Shown: positions 1 through 10,053, numbered from the stretch's first letter. The stretch is 64,000 nucleotides of DNA from a bacterium (GCA_963667425.1 OY763407.1:2081142-2145141); one strand, 5' to 3'. Translations and numbers: made by a program. Notes: generated from the sequence alone by a model not told the origin.

Positions 1-416
1 AGCTGAACACTGACTGCACCTTCCCTAAACATTGCTCTTTTCACATCTGCTACAATAGTTTCAATTGCATTGAGATCCATTTCTCTTTTTTTGTCAGACC
101 ATATTTTTTTTATTTCGTTAAGCTCTTCTACCCCTTTTTTAAAAGCCATTGCAACAGGAGAATCTGAAAAAAAAGAAATTTTTTCCACTACGGAAGAATA
201 ATCTGAGTTTTTCCAGTACATTTCTCCGAATTGTTCAGTTGCAATAATTCCTTTACGAAACAGAATAAATTTGTAGATAATAACAGCCCAGGAAGAAACA
301 GATAAAAATGCCAGAAATATCATAATAAACGAAACTGTAAGCGTCGAATTGGTGAAAGCATCAGTAAAAGATATTGATGAATAAATATTTTCAAGAACTT
401 TGGTAAAATTGTGCAT
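1..416 (-). CDS. MotA/TolQ/ExbB proton-channel family protein (partial; C-terminus lies beyond the window edge)
   Basis: Minus-strand ORF starting at ATG 416-414 and running off position 1. The N-terminal TM helix with SWAVIIYKFILF resembles the TolQ/ExbB first TM helix. It is not in the supplied ORF track because it has no in-window stop. Confidence 0.55.
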   Translation of the reverse strand, partial: MHNFTKVLENIYSSISFTDAFTNSTLTVSFIMIFLAFLSVSSWAVIIYKFILFRKGIIATEQFGEMYWKNSDYSSVVEKISFFSDSPVAMAFKKGVEELNEIKKIWSDKKREMDLNAIETIVADVKRAMFREGAVSVQ

Positions 417-526
417 CAAAGAATATCCTCCCCTCAGTAGAGATACCAGACAAATCGCAAAGGAGCAGTATCAAGCCAATGTATTATAAAAATAGTTAGT
501 ATTTTGTCAATAAAAAGCGATAGTAC

Positions 527-916
527 TCAAACTCTCCGCTTATTTGCGGCAAAAGAAAGTTTTGAATGAAGTTCATTCAACATAAAAGGTTTATAAAGAA
601 TACTATTTATGCTTGAAGATTCTTCACATACGCCTGAAAGGGCATTTGTATCTCCGGAAATAACTATAGTGTAAGCATCCTGTGAAACCCCTTCAGATTT
701 TATCCTGAAGGCAGCATTTTTCCCATCAAGTTTAGGCATATGATGATCAAGGATAACTACATCGTAAGCAGAACCCTTGCATTTGTTGACAGCTTCCATA
801 CCGTCGCCAACAGCATCACATTGACATGAAAACAAATCTCTGCACATACAGAGAAGCATCTCACGATTTGAAGGATCATCTTCAGCAATAAGAACTGAGA
901 GACCTATTCTTTCCAT
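527..916 (-). CDS. Response regulator, receiver domain only (CheY-like)
   Basis: Carries the IAEDD acidic pocket, the phospho-acceptor Asp in VVILDHHMP, a conserved T (ISGDT) and a K (YKPF). 129 aa with no output domain. Confidence 0.8.
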   Translation of the reverse strand: MERIGLSVLIAEDDPSNREMLLCMCRDLFSCQCDAVGDGMEAVNKCKGSAYDVVILDHHMPKLDGKNAAFRIKSEGVSQDAYTIVISGDTNALSGVCEESSSINSILYKPFMLNELHSKLSFAANKRRV

Positions 917-1148
917 GATTAAGCCCTTTAAAATTTGATTAACAAAAAACCACTCAAAAAGAGAATAACAAAGCGTCCTGCTAAGTCAACAAAAAAAGAA
1001 CATTATAATTAAGATTATTTTATTTTGTCATAATTAAAAACCACATTCACAGCAAATCATTAAAAAACCTATTTTTTATCCATATGTTTTAAAGTTTGAG
1101 CACAGTTAAAAACAAACTTGAAAGAAATTTCAACTTAAAGTAACATAA

Positions 1149-2366
1149 ATGGAAACTCAACTTTTAAAAGAGGGAGATAAGAATTTGAGTCAAAAAAAAA
1201 TAACACTGAAAAAGGGAAGAGAAAAGCTCGCAAAGAACCATAATCCATGGATATTTTCAGGAGCAATTCAAGACATAGGCGGCAATGTTAATGATGGTGA
1301 TTTAGTTCTTGTGGAAAGCAGCGACAGAGACTTTCTTGCATGGGGACATTACAATAGCAAGTCAGGAATAGCATTAAGACTTTTAGAATGGAATAAGAAT
1401 ATCATTCCGGATTTCAACTGGGTAAAAGAAAAAATATTTTATGCCTGCGATATGCGAAAACATCTGAAAAATAAATTTAATACAATTTACAGAATTATAT
1501 TTTCAGAATCAGACATGCTTCCGGGAATTATATGTGATGTTTTTGAAAATGTTGGTGTTTTACAAATTTCAACGCCAGGTTTTGACAAAATGAAATATGA
1601 AATCGCCTCTATAATAAAAGAAGCTGCAAATCTTGAATCTGTTTATGAGAAAAGTGATGGTGATGGAAGAAGAATTGAAGGCTTAACTGAATCTACCGGA
1701 GTTCTTGTCGGCAATCTTAACTCAACAAAGTTTGTAGCAGTTGAAAATTCTATAAAATATGAAATAAATCTTCTCAGTCAGAAAACAGGATTTTTTACTG
1801 ATCAGAGAAACAACAGAGAACTTTTTGGCAGATATGCCTATGGTGAAATGCTTGATATGTGTGCTTTTTCAGGTGCATTTTCAATAAATGCCTTAAAAAA
1901 AGGGGTAAAACATTCAACTTTATGTGACATATCAAAAGAATCAAAAGAGCTCATTGATAAAAACATGTCACTCAATGAAATTGATTCAGAAAAATATTCT
2001 TTCATACAGGGCGACGCTTTTGACCTTCTCAGAAATATGAAAAATGAAAGCATTAAATATGATTCTATAGTTTTAGATCCACCTAAACTCGCTCCATCAT
2101 CAAAATATCTGGAAAAAGGGCTCAAAGCATATAAGGATATAAATTTTAATGCACTTAAACTTATAAAAGAAAATGGAATTATGGCTACTTTTTCCTGTTC
2201 AGGAGCTGTATCAATGGAAAAATTCAGAGAAGCTGTTGCCTTTGCAGCGAAAGATTCTGAAAAAGAACTTAAAATAATACATCAGCTTCATCAGGGAGAA
2301 GATCATCCAATAAGGGTAAGTGCTCCTGAAACAGAGTATTTAAAAGGTCTTTTAATCAGAGCATAG
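1149..2366 (+). CDS. rlmI: Class I SAM-dependent 23S rRNA (m5C) methyltransferase, RlmI/RlmK-like (PUA plus methyltransferase)
   Basis: N-terminal TLKKGREK...HPWIFSGAI is the RlmI PUA-like start. SAM-MTase motifs are present (CAFSGAFS, VLDPPK). The true start may be the TTG at 1185, which has an upstream AGAGGGAG RBS. Confidence 0.75.
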   Translation: METQLLKEGDKNLSQKKITLKKGREKLAKNHNPWIFSGAIQDIGGNVNDGDLVLVESSDRDFLAWGHYNSKSGIALRLLEWNKNIIPDFNWVKEKIFYACDMRKHLKNKFNTIYRIIFSESDMLPGIICDVFENVGVLQISTPGFDKMKYEIASIIKEAANLESVYEKSDGDGRRIEGLTESTGVLVGNLNSTKFVAVENSIKYEINLLSQKTGFFTDQRNNRELFGRYAYGEMLDMCAFSGAFSINALKKGVKHSTLCDISKESKELIDKNMSLNEIDSEKYSFIQGDAFDLLRNMKNESIKYDSIVLDPPKLAPSSKYLEKGLKAYKDINFNALKLIKENGIMATFSCSGAVSMEKFREAVAFAAKDSEKELKIIHQLHQGEDHPIRVSAPETEYLKGLLIRA

Positions 2367-2388
2367 TTCAAAAGATTTTTAAATAGAA

Positions 2389-5300
2389 TTATGCTTTTAC
2401 AGCTTTCTTTTCTTTTCTTCTAAGTATAAAAGACGTTACCGAAGTATAAAGAGTTGGTATAACAACAAGCGTTACCACTGTTGAAACAAGGAGACCTGCA
2501 ACAACAGCTGTACCCATTGGCTGCCAGGTTTCATGACCATCTCCGGACATAAAAACAAGAGGAAGCATACCGCATATAGTAGTTGTGGCAGTCATTAAAA
2601 CAGGACGAAGTCTGCTTACGCCTCCAAATTTAACAGCATCAATAAGAGACATTCCCTTTTCTCTCTGTAGCATATTGATGTAATCTATAAGAACAATGGC
2701 ATTATTAACAACAATACCTACAAGAATAATAAGACCAAGCATAGCCGGCATCGAAAGAGAAAAACCTCCTACAAGGAGACCTGCAAAAACACCTGTCATG
2801 GAGAAAGGTATAGAAACAAGAATTATAAGCGGATCAATAAAAGATTCGAACTGTGCAGCCATAACAAGATAAACAAGAATAATACCAAGAAGGAAAACAA
2901 GAAAAAGATCACCACTTGTCTCTGCCTGCTCTTTAAGGTTACCACCATAAATAACAGCAACATCAGGAGATAGATTGAGATTTTTAATTTCTCTATCCAG
3001 ATTTGCTGCAACAACACTTATCGGAACGCCATCAGCTCTTGCACCTACTGTAATAATTCTCTCTTTATTGAGCCTGTTTATAGCAAGATGTGTAGTTCCT
3101 TCTTTAATCTCCGCCACATCACGAAGTTTAACAGTATTGCCAGTCATGGTTTTCAGTTCAAGATCCTTAAGCTGTTCAAGAGAGTCTCTATCTATTTTAC
3201 GAAGTCTCACCATAATATCATATTCTTCACCGTCATCTCTAAAAACAGAAGACTTACTTCCATAAAAAGCAGTTCTTACTGTAGAAGCAATCATCGAAAC
3301 GTTAAGACCTACCTGACTTGCTCTTAATCTATCTATTTTTACTTCTATTTCGGGTTTAAGCATATTTGCGTCACTTGTAATATCCTTTAAACCTTTCATG
3401 TTTTTCAGAATATTAACTATTTTCTCACCTGCTTCAGATGCCTTATCAAAACTTTTATTGGCAACCTGAATAGTAATAGGCTTCTGACCACCTGAAAACA
3501 TCTGAGACATACTGCTGGAAGCTCTTATGTCTATCTTTTCAAGCCCAGGAATTTCTTTAAGAATTCTATCTCTGACTTTGGCAGCATAAAAAGACATCGG
3601 AACTTTTCTTCCATTATTAAGGGTAGTTGCCTTTAAACCTGCTTTACCGGTATTTGTTCCATCAATACTTCTCGAAAATCCGCTTTCAGATTCTCCGCCT
3701 CTTGCATAAAGCATCTGAGCTTCAGGAACCTCTTCTTTCATTATTCGCATCATATGCTGGCCAATCTTTAAAGTTTCCTCAGTTTTTGTGCCCAAAGGAA
3801 GCTCATATTCTATGTAAAGATCGCCTGAATCCTGTTCAGGAATAAAGTCCATACCTATTATACTAGGAATAGCCATTGAAATGATAAATATCACAAAGAT
3901 TCCAAGTATGGTTTTCCATCTGTTTTTCAGAGTATAGGAAATTATTTTCCCATATCCTGATTCCATCTTATCCATAAACCATTTACTGGCTCTGAAAATT
4001 ACATTTTCTTTGCCATCAGCCTTTTCCTCTTTAAATCCAAGAATTCTTGAACTAACCATAGGGGTAAGCATCATAGCTGCCATAAGAGATGCAGTAAGAG
4101 TAAGGATAACAACACCTGCAAGCTGTTTAAACATAACACCGCTTAGACCGCTTATAAAGAAAAGCGGAGCAAAAATCATAACTGTAGTAAGAGTAGAGGC
4201 TAAAACAGCACCGCCAACTTCACTGGTTCCATCTATTGCAGCCTGTACACGACTTTTACCCATTTCAAGATGACGGGTAATATTGTCCAGAACAACAATC
4301 GAGTTGTCAACAACCATACCTATGGCAAGCGAAAGAGCCATAAGAGAAATCATGTTAAGTGTATAATTGAAACCATATAAAAAAGCAAAAGCAATAACCA
4401 GAGAGGCAGGAATAGAAAGCGCAACAATAATACTTGAACGGATTCTTCTCAAAAAGAAAATAACTACAAGAAGAACAAAAAGCCCACCATAATAAACAGC
4501 CTGGGAAAGGTTTTCAACCATGTTTTTAATAAAAACAGAACTGTCCATAATAGTTGAAAGTTCCATTCCATGAGGAAGCTTTCCTTTCATCTCATTTATT
4601 TTTTTATTTATTGCATTGGCAACTTCAACAGTATTACTTCCAGACTGTTTCTGAATCATCATGAAAACCATGTATTTTCCATTAAGAAGGGCAAACTGGT
4701 CAAGCTCCTTTCCCCCCCAGAAAACTTCGGCTACATCTTTAACTCTAATAAGACCTTTTGGTGTACTGGCTACAATTGAATTTTTTATCTCTTCAACATC
4801 TTTAAGCTCACCGGGGACTCTGATAGTATAATCGTAAGCACCAAGCTGAATTGAACCTGCAGGAAGAGAAAGATTATCTGCGCTTACAGCACTGGTAAGA
4901 TCAGAAAGTGAAAGATTTAAAGCTGAAAGCCTCTGAGCATCTGCCGCAACTACAACCTGTTTTTCTATCTGATTAAACATAATAGCGCTTGCAACACCGG
5001 GAATTCTCTGTAGCGGTTCGGTTATATATGTCTTTATGTCGTCATAAAAAAATCTGACATCCTCAGATTCAGAAGTGATACCGAAAAACATTACCGGAAA
5101 CATCGAAAAATTAAACTTAAAAACAATAGGCTGATCTATATCATCAGGAAGTTCACTTGAAGCAAGAGAAATCTGATCTCTTACGTCATTTGCAGCTTCA
5201 TTAAGATCTGTTCCATATTTAAACTGCAAAGAAACCGTAGAAACATTTTCCATAGATCTGCTCGTAATATCTTCCAGATTACTAATCTGTGAAAGAGCAG

Positions 5301-5505
5301 ATTCCAGAACTTTTGAAACCTTTTCCTCAACTTCTTCAGCTCCGGCGCCAGGATATGCTGTGATAACACTAATTGCAGGCGGTTCTATTTCAGGGAAAAG
5401 ATCTATAGGTATAAATTTTAGCGAAAAAAGACCAAACAAAATCATTACAGTAAAAATAACTATTATTAATACTGGTCTTTTTACAGCCAGTTTTGGTAAA
5501 TTCAT
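2389..5505 (-). CDS. Efflux RND transporter permease subunit (AcrB/HAE1 family)
   Basis: 1038 aa, 12-TM architecture with two large periplasmic loops. Typical AcrB-like N-terminus (MNLPKLAVKRPVLIIVIFTVMILFG...) and conserved TM4/TM10 regions. Confidence 0.9.
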   Translation of the reverse strand: MNLPKLAVKRPVLIIVIFTVMILFGLFSLKFIPIDLFPEIEPPAISVITAYPGAGAEEVEEKVSKVLESALSQISNLEDITSRSMENVSTVSLQFKYGTDLNEAANDVRDQISLASSELPDDIDQPIVFKFNFSMFPVMFFGITSESEDVRFFYDDIKTYITEPLQRIPGVASAIMFNQIEKQVVVAADAQRLSALNLSLSDLTSAVSADNLSLPAGSIQLGAYDYTIRVPGELKDVEEIKNSIVASTPKGLIRVKDVAEVFWGGKELDQFALLNGKYMVFMMIQKQSGSNTVEVANAINKKINEMKGKLPHGMELSTIMDSSVFIKNMVENLSQAVYYGGLFVLLVVIFFLRRIRSSIIVALSIPASLVIAFAFLYGFNYTLNMISLMALSLAIGMVVDNSIVVLDNITRHLEMGKSRVQAAIDGTSEVGGAVLASTLTTVMIFAPLFFISGLSGVMFKQLAGVVILTLTASLMAAMMLTPMVSSRILGFKEEKADGKENVIFRASKWFMDKMESGYGKIISYTLKNRWKTILGIFVIFIISMAIPSIIGMDFIPEQDSGDLYIEYELPLGTKTEETLKIGQHMMRIMKEEVPEAQMLYARGGESESGFSRSIDGTNTGKAGLKATTLNNGRKVPMSFYAAKVRDRILKEIPGLEKIDIRASSSMSQMFSGGQKPITIQVANKSFDKASEAGEKIVNILKNMKGLKDITSDANMLKPEIEVKIDRLRASQVGLNVSMIASTVRTAFYGSKSSVFRDDGEEYDIMVRLRKIDRDSLEQLKDLELKTMTGNTVKLRDVAEIKEGTTHLAINRLNKERIITVGARADGVPISVVAANLDREIKNLNLSPDVAVIYGGNLKEQAETSGDLFLVFLLGIILVYLVMAAQFESFIDPLIILVSIPFSMTGVFAGLLVGGFSLSMPAMLGLIILVGIVVNNAIVLIDYINMLQREKGMSLIDAVKFGGVSRLRPVLMTATTTICGMLPLVFMSGDGHETWQPMGTAVVAGLLVSTVVTLVVIPTLYTSVTSFILRRKEKKAVKA

Positions 5506-5521
5506 TTTTTACTCCATTAAA

Positions 5522-6643
5522 TTAGTTGTTAACTCTTACGGACTGACCTTCTTCAAGTCTTCTTCCGCCACCAATAACAACTGTCATATTTTCAGAGACA
5601 CCATCTTTTATAATAGTATAACCATCGATTGTTTCACCAATAACAACATCAGTGGTATAAACGGTTTTGTCATCTTTAACAACATAAACAAGACCTGTCT
5701 CATTATTACGGGTAAAAATTGAGTTTCTTGGAAGAACAGGAAATTCAACTTCAGGAAGAGCAATTGTAACCCTTGCACTCATTCCGCTTTTTATCAAATG
5801 ATCACCGTTCTCCATAACTATTCTTACTTTTGCACTTTTTGTAGACTCATCAATTTTACTGTTTATCATTTCTATTGTGCCATTGAATGTTCTATCAGAA
5901 AAACTATCTATTTTTATAGTTACATCCATACCTTTTTTTACAAGAGGAATATCCATTTCGCCAACAAAGACATCAAGTTTCATTTTATTGATATCCACTA
6001 TTTCAAAAACAGGAGTCTGAGGAGAAGCCATTTCTCCTACATCTTTTAATCTTGAAACTATGTAGCCATCAAAAGGAGCCTTTATAACTGTATAACTAAA
6101 CTGCTGTTGTGCATTTTTAAGCGCACTGGCAGCCGATTCTTTTTGAGCATTTACAACTGAAAGAGCAGCTTTTGTCTGTTCATATCCACTTTTTACTGCA
6201 TCAAAATCACTCTTTGATATAGAATTTTGTTCAAAAAGTTTCTGATAACGTTCATAATCTGCTTCTGCTTTATTAAAAGCTGCTTCTGCCTGCTGAACAC
6301 CAGCTTCAGCAGCACTCATCTGACTCTTTGCAGCAGCAAGAGCAATAGAATAATCTGTTGTATCCAATTGAACAAGCTTTTCCCCTTTTTTTACACTTGA
6401 ACCTTCATCAACAAAAAATTTTGAAACTGTTGCACTTACTTTAGGGGTAAGAAACGCACTGGTGATAGCCCTTACAGTAGCAGGCGTTTCATAATTTCTT
6501 TTAAATTTTTTATTTTCAAGATGAGTCACATTTACAAGGTTATTTTCTGCAATTCCCTTATCTGCAACCTTTTTAGAACAACCTGAAAAAACAGCAATTA
6601 AAACAACAAGAAAAGCAAAAACCAAGGTCTTTCTTAATTTCAT
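5522..6643 (-). CDS. Efflux RND transporter periplasmic adaptor subunit (membrane fusion protein, HlyD family)
   Basis: Lipoprotein signal (LIAVFSGCSKK), coiled-coil hairpin and beta-barrel/lipoyl regions typical of MFPs. Located directly upstream of the RND permease. Confidence 0.85.
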   Translation of the reverse strand: MKLRKTLVFAFLVVLIAVFSGCSKKVADKGIAENNLVNVTHLENKKFKRNYETPATVRAITSAFLTPKVSATVSKFFVDEGSSVKKGEKLVQLDTTDYSIALAAAKSQMSAAEAGVQQAEAAFNKAEADYERYQKLFEQNSISKSDFDAVKSGYEQTKAALSVVNAQKESAASALKNAQQQFSYTVIKAPFDGYIVSRLKDVGEMASPQTPVFEIVDINKMKLDVFVGEMDIPLVKKGMDVTIKIDSFSDRTFNGTIEMINSKIDESTKSAKVRIVMENGDHLIKSGMSARVTIALPEVEFPVLPRNSIFTRNNETGLVYVVKDDKTVYTTDVVIGETIDGYTIIKDGVSENMTVVIGGGRRLEEGQSVRVNN

Positions 6644-6659
6644 TATTTATCTCCAAAAA

Positions 6660-7313
6660 CTAATTTTTACCAATTACACCATTTACAAGAAATTCAACCA
6701 CATCAGGAAGCGTTTTATCATCCATGTAAAAATCCACATTTATTTTTTTCTTATATTCATCCATCATATCTTCAGTTTTTTTTGCCATATGAAAGTAACC
6801 AACCATAAAATTAAGAAGAATTGCAGCTTTTTCCTCCAACTTATCTTTCGGAAGAGCAGGATTCAATATTTTACTAAGCAAATCTGCAATAAAATTCTTT
6901 TCTTCATTATGAATTTTTATCATTGAATCAACAAGAAGCGGAGAACTAAAAACAAACTTCTGCATTTCGCTTATTACAGAACTTGACATATTCTGAAAAA
7001 ACTTAGGAACAAGACGTTCATCATGCTTAAACATTCTCATACGAAGATTCAGATATGCTTTAAGTTTATCAGTCGGACTTTTACACTTTTCAAGCTCTCT
7101 AGCTATAAGTTCAGCTATTTTTACAGCAACAAGATCCATTCCTGCAAGAATAACATCCTCTTTTGAATTGAAATAGTAATAAATCCCTGACTTTGTAATA
7201 CCACATTTTCTCGCTATATCAACAAGAGTTATTTTTTCAATTCCAAACTCTTTCACAAGTTCCATAAAAGCGGCAACAATACGCTCTTTTTTTTCTGTAG
7301 CCTTATCTCCCAT
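6660..7313 (-). CDS. TetR/AcrR family transcriptional regulator
   Basis: N-terminal HTH (ITLVDIARKCGITKSGIYYYFNSKEDV), about 217 aa, embedded in the efflux operon. Confidence 0.8.
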   Translation of the reverse strand: MGDKATEKKERIVAAFMELVKEFGIEKITLVDIARKCGITKSGIYYYFNSKEDVILAGMDLVAVKIAELIARELEKCKSPTDKLKAYLNLRMRMFKHDERLVPKFFQNMSSSVISEMQKFVFSSPLLVDSMIKIHNEEKNFIADLLSKILNPALPKDKLEEKAAILLNFMVGYFHMAKKTEDMMDEYKKKINVDFYMDDKTLPDVVEFLVNGVIGKN

Positions 7314-8668
7314 CAGAAATCTCCTTTTTTGAGAGCATCAACATCAACGCCCATAGCAACAGCCATATCTGAAAAAGCCATTTCCCTGCCATAGACTGCC
7401 GTAAAATAACTATTTCTGGCACTCCTGTAGGCAACCGATGCTTCTAAAAGATCCGTTTCAGTTGTAAGCTTCTCTTTATATTTATTCTCTTCTATTCGAA
7501 GATTTTCCTTAGCAGATTTTATTTCAGCCTCAGCTATTTTTATCTCTTCATTTTTTACAAGTAAATCATTATAAAGCTTTACCAGCTGAGCTTTTAACAT
7601 TTTCTGAGAATCCATATTTGCGAAACGAGTCTTTACAGTATTTGACCTGGCTTTCATATAGCCATTATAATCTCCAATCCAGTTGAAAAGCACATTCCAG
7701 CTGGCAGAAGCACCAAAAAACATTGTTCCTCCAGGTTGAGAAGAAACAGCATCCCAGTTTCTTGAATAACCTGCGACAAGAGAAAGAGTTGGAATAAAAG
7801 GCTGAAATGCTGCATTTTCAGCTTTTTCACTTGCCTCTGTAGCTTTGTTTAATATTTTTATTTCTTTACTGTTGTTATTCTGAGAAGAAACAGCACTGTT
7901 CAAAGAAAAGGCAACCTCAGAATCAGCTACTGAAGCGGCAGCTAAATCAAAAGAATTCTCATCAACATTCATGAAAATAGCAAGCGTTGTTTTTATGTAG
8001 GCTTTCATGCCGGTAACATTCATTTTTTCTTTTTTTAGCTTTGCCTCTTCAAGTTCTATTTTCAGAACAGCTCTGACATCTGAAACACCAGCATCAACAA
8101 AATTCTTAGCCATCGTTTTATAACTTTTTACCTGTTCCTCGCTTTCTTTTAAAACCTCTTCAGATTTTACAAGAGTCTGATATGTGTAGTACAGAGTGAT
8201 AACTTGTTTTACAAGATTATTTCTTGTAAGGGATTCCTGGTATTTAGCTATTTCATAAGCCAGTTCATTTGCTCTATATCCATTCCATATACTCCATAAA
8301 GGAGTTAAAGGCTGAGCAACCGTAATATCAAAAGTTCTTGATTTATCTGGAAGCGTAACAGGAATTTCCATTCCGGCAATAACCATAGGATCGGCTTCAG
8401 GGTTATATTTAAGAGCCGTATATTTGGCAGAAACAGATGCTGTCGGAAAGAAATTCATTAAAGCTTCATTTTTAGAATATCTGGCTTCCTCAGCTCCAGC
8501 TTCCGAAGACTTAATCTTATCACTCTCTTTTAATGTAAGAGAAATACATTTATCAAGATCAAGCTCTTCTCCAAAAGCATTTAATAATGTAAAAAAAGAT
8601 AAAAACAATATCAGTATCAACCGCATAAGAACCTCCGCAACGATTTGAACAACAGATTTTTTGAACAA
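7313..8668 (-). CDS. TolC-family outer membrane efflux protein
   Basis: Signal peptide, 451 aa, two repeated coiled-coil/beta-barrel halves. First gene of the tolC-tetR-MFP-RND operon. Confidence 0.75.
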   Translation of the reverse strand: MFKKSVVQIVAEVLMRLILILFLSFFTLLNAFGEELDLDKCISLTLKESDKIKSSEAGAEEARYSKNEALMNFFPTASVSAKYTALKYNPEADPMVIAGMEIPVTLPDKSRTFDITVAQPLTPLWSIWNGYRANELAYEIAKYQESLTRNNLVKQVITLYYTYQTLVKSEEVLKESEEQVKSYKTMAKNFVDAGVSDVRAVLKIELEEAKLKKEKMNVTGMKAYIKTTLAIFMNVDENSFDLAAASVADSEVAFSLNSAVSSQNNNSKEIKILNKATEASEKAENAAFQPFIPTLSLVAGYSRNWDAVSSQPGGTMFFGASASWNVLFNWIGDYNGYMKARSNTVKTRFANMDSQKMLKAQLVKLYNDLLVKNEEIKIAEAEIKSAKENLRIEENKYKEKLTTETDLLEASVAYRSARNSYFTAVYGREMAFSDMAVAMGVDVDALKKGDF

Positions 8669-8690
8669 ACATACAAAAAAGTCAAAAAGA

Positions 8691-8719
8691 CTTATACTCT
8701 AAAAATTTTTAATGTCAAC
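8691..8719 (-). promoter_or_regulatory. Putative sigma70 promoter for the efflux operon (TTGACA-N17-TATAAG on the minus strand)
   Basis: Plus-strand tgtcaa at 8714-8719 and cttata at 8691-8696 give TTGACA and TATAAG on the minus strand with a 17-nt spacer, about 25 nt upstream of the tolC start. Confidence 0.35.
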
Positions 8720-8769
8720 TGTAAAAACAGAGATTTATGTTATTTTTATATTAGAAATAAATGTGCGAA

Positions 8770-9792
8770 TTATACATTAAATCTGAAATTAACAATATCA
8801 CCGTCTTTCATAGAATATTCTTTTCCTTCAAGTCTGAAAACACCGGCTTTTTTACATTCAGATTCACTGCCATACTTTATAAATGTTTCAAAATCAATAG
8901 TTTCAGCACGAATAAAACCTCTTGCAATATCAGAATGAATCTTACCGGCAGCATCAACAGCCGGTGTACCGTCTTTTATAGGCCATGCCCTAACTTCATC
9001 AGGGCCTGCTGTAAGAAAAGAAATAAGACCAAGCGCGGCATATGTTTCTTTTATAAATCTTGTTTTAGCCGTCTCTGTAAGCCCGAAACCTTCAAGAAAT
9101 TCAAGCTGTTCCTCTGGAGAAAGTTCAGCCAGCTCCTTTTCTACTGTTGCACAAATAGAAAAAGCTGTTGTTTTCTCTTTTTTCAGAAGACCTGCCAAAT
9201 CTGCAGGAATATCATTATCTCCTTCAGACTGATTAACAAGAACTATTCTTTTTTTAAGTGAAAGAAAATTATAGTTACTGACTTTTTCAAGATCTTCATC
9301 ACTAAGAAATGAAAAATCAACACATTCTCCACCTTCCAAGGCATCTTTCAATTTCTGTAAAACACCAAGTTCTGGAGGATTTTTCTTTTCTTTTTTTTCT
9401 CTTTCCAGCCTCTTTTCTATTACAATAAAATCTGAGATCATTATATCTTCTATTATTTTCTTATATTCAAGACATGGATTCTTAGCATCGGAAGTCATAA
9501 GAGAATCAAAATTTCTCAGAACTATAACTAAAAGTTCTGTTTTCTGAATCATATTTTTTATTTTAGGAGAAATAACAGCATCTCTTGATGAAGGTATTGC
9601 AAAATCTGACAGAATAAATTCAGCATATGTTTTTTTCTTTGGAGCATAAATTTCCGAAAGAGCATCAATTCTTTCATCAGGAACTTTTATTGTCCCCATA
9701 TTTTCTTCTTTTTTGCCATTTTGAACACCTGTCAGAATTTCAAAAACAGATGTCTTCCCTGAAAAAGGAAGCCCTATAAGTGCAGCTCTCAT
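8770..9792 (-). CDS. ychF: YchF/Obg-family GTPase (P-loop GTPase with C-terminal TGS domain)
   Basis: Starts with a G1 P-loop (GLPFSGKTS). The C-terminal TGS-like segment (FIRAE...GKEYSMKDGDIVNFRF) is characteristic of YchF. Confidence 0.7.
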   Translation of the reverse strand: MRAALIGLPFSGKTSVFEILTGVQNGKKEENMGTIKVPDERIDALSEIYAPKKKTYAEFILSDFAIPSSRDAVISPKIKNMIQKTELLVIVLRNFDSLMTSDAKNPCLEYKKIIEDIMISDFIVIEKRLEREKKEKKNPPELGVLQKLKDALEGGECVDFSFLSDEDLEKVSNYNFLSLKKRIVLVNQSEGDNDIPADLAGLLKKEKTTAFSICATVEKELAELSPEEQLEFLEGFGLTETAKTRFIKETYAALGLISFLTAGPDEVRAWPIKDGTPAVDAAGKIHSDIARGFIRAETIDFETFIKYGSESECKKAGVFRLEGKEYSMKDGDIVNFRFNV

Positions 9793-9905
9793 TCAAATAT
9801 CTCCCAAACAAAATTTCTGGCAGCCAGTTTAGTCAAAGAAATAAGCTTTGTCAATTTTGAAAAACCTAGAATAACTCTTGCAAAAGAAAAAAAACCGAAA
9901 CAGCC

Positions 9906-9936
9906 TAAAAAACAAAAAAAGACCTCAAAAGAGGTC
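9906..9936 (-). terminator. Rho-independent terminator downstream of tRNA-Glu
   Basis: On the minus strand: GGACCTC-TTTT-GAGGTC stem-loop followed by TTTTTTTGTTTTTT. Confidence 0.6.
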
Positions 9937-9965
9937 CTATCTTAATTCTCTTCTACCAAAAAAAA

Positions 9966-10040
9966 TGGCAACTCCAGGGGGACTCGAACCCCCGCTGCCG
10001 GCGTGAAAGGCCGGTGTCCTAACCACTAGACGATGGAGTC
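9966..10040 (-). tRNA. tRNA-Glu (anticodon TTC)
   Basis: The reverse complement reads GACTCCATCGTCTAGTGGTTAGGACACCGGCCTTTCACGCCGG...GGTTCGAGTCCCCCTGGAGTTGCCA. It folds as a cloverleaf with anticodon loop CTTTCAC, a T-loop TTCGAGT and an encoded CCA. Confidence 0.9.
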
Positions 10041-10053
10041 ACTTCAAAAAAGT

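Noticed and set aside
1838-2125. Antisense/embedded small ORFs inside larger genes. Examples: 1838-2125, 2823-3265, 3088-3327, 4010-4273, 5181-5722, 12443-13188, 14533-14886, 16648-17275, 22457-23065, 32204-33360 and 39652-40127; many others follow the same pattern
   Set aside because: They overlap well-supported long CDSs on the opposite strand or in other frames. They have low-complexity or repeat-driven composition, no RBS context and no recognisable motifs. They are treated as frame artefacts.
9793-9965. Possible additional tRNA or small gene between ychF and tRNA-Glu
   Set aside because: Only an A-rich spacer and the terminator hairpin are present, with no cloverleaf-compatible sequence.
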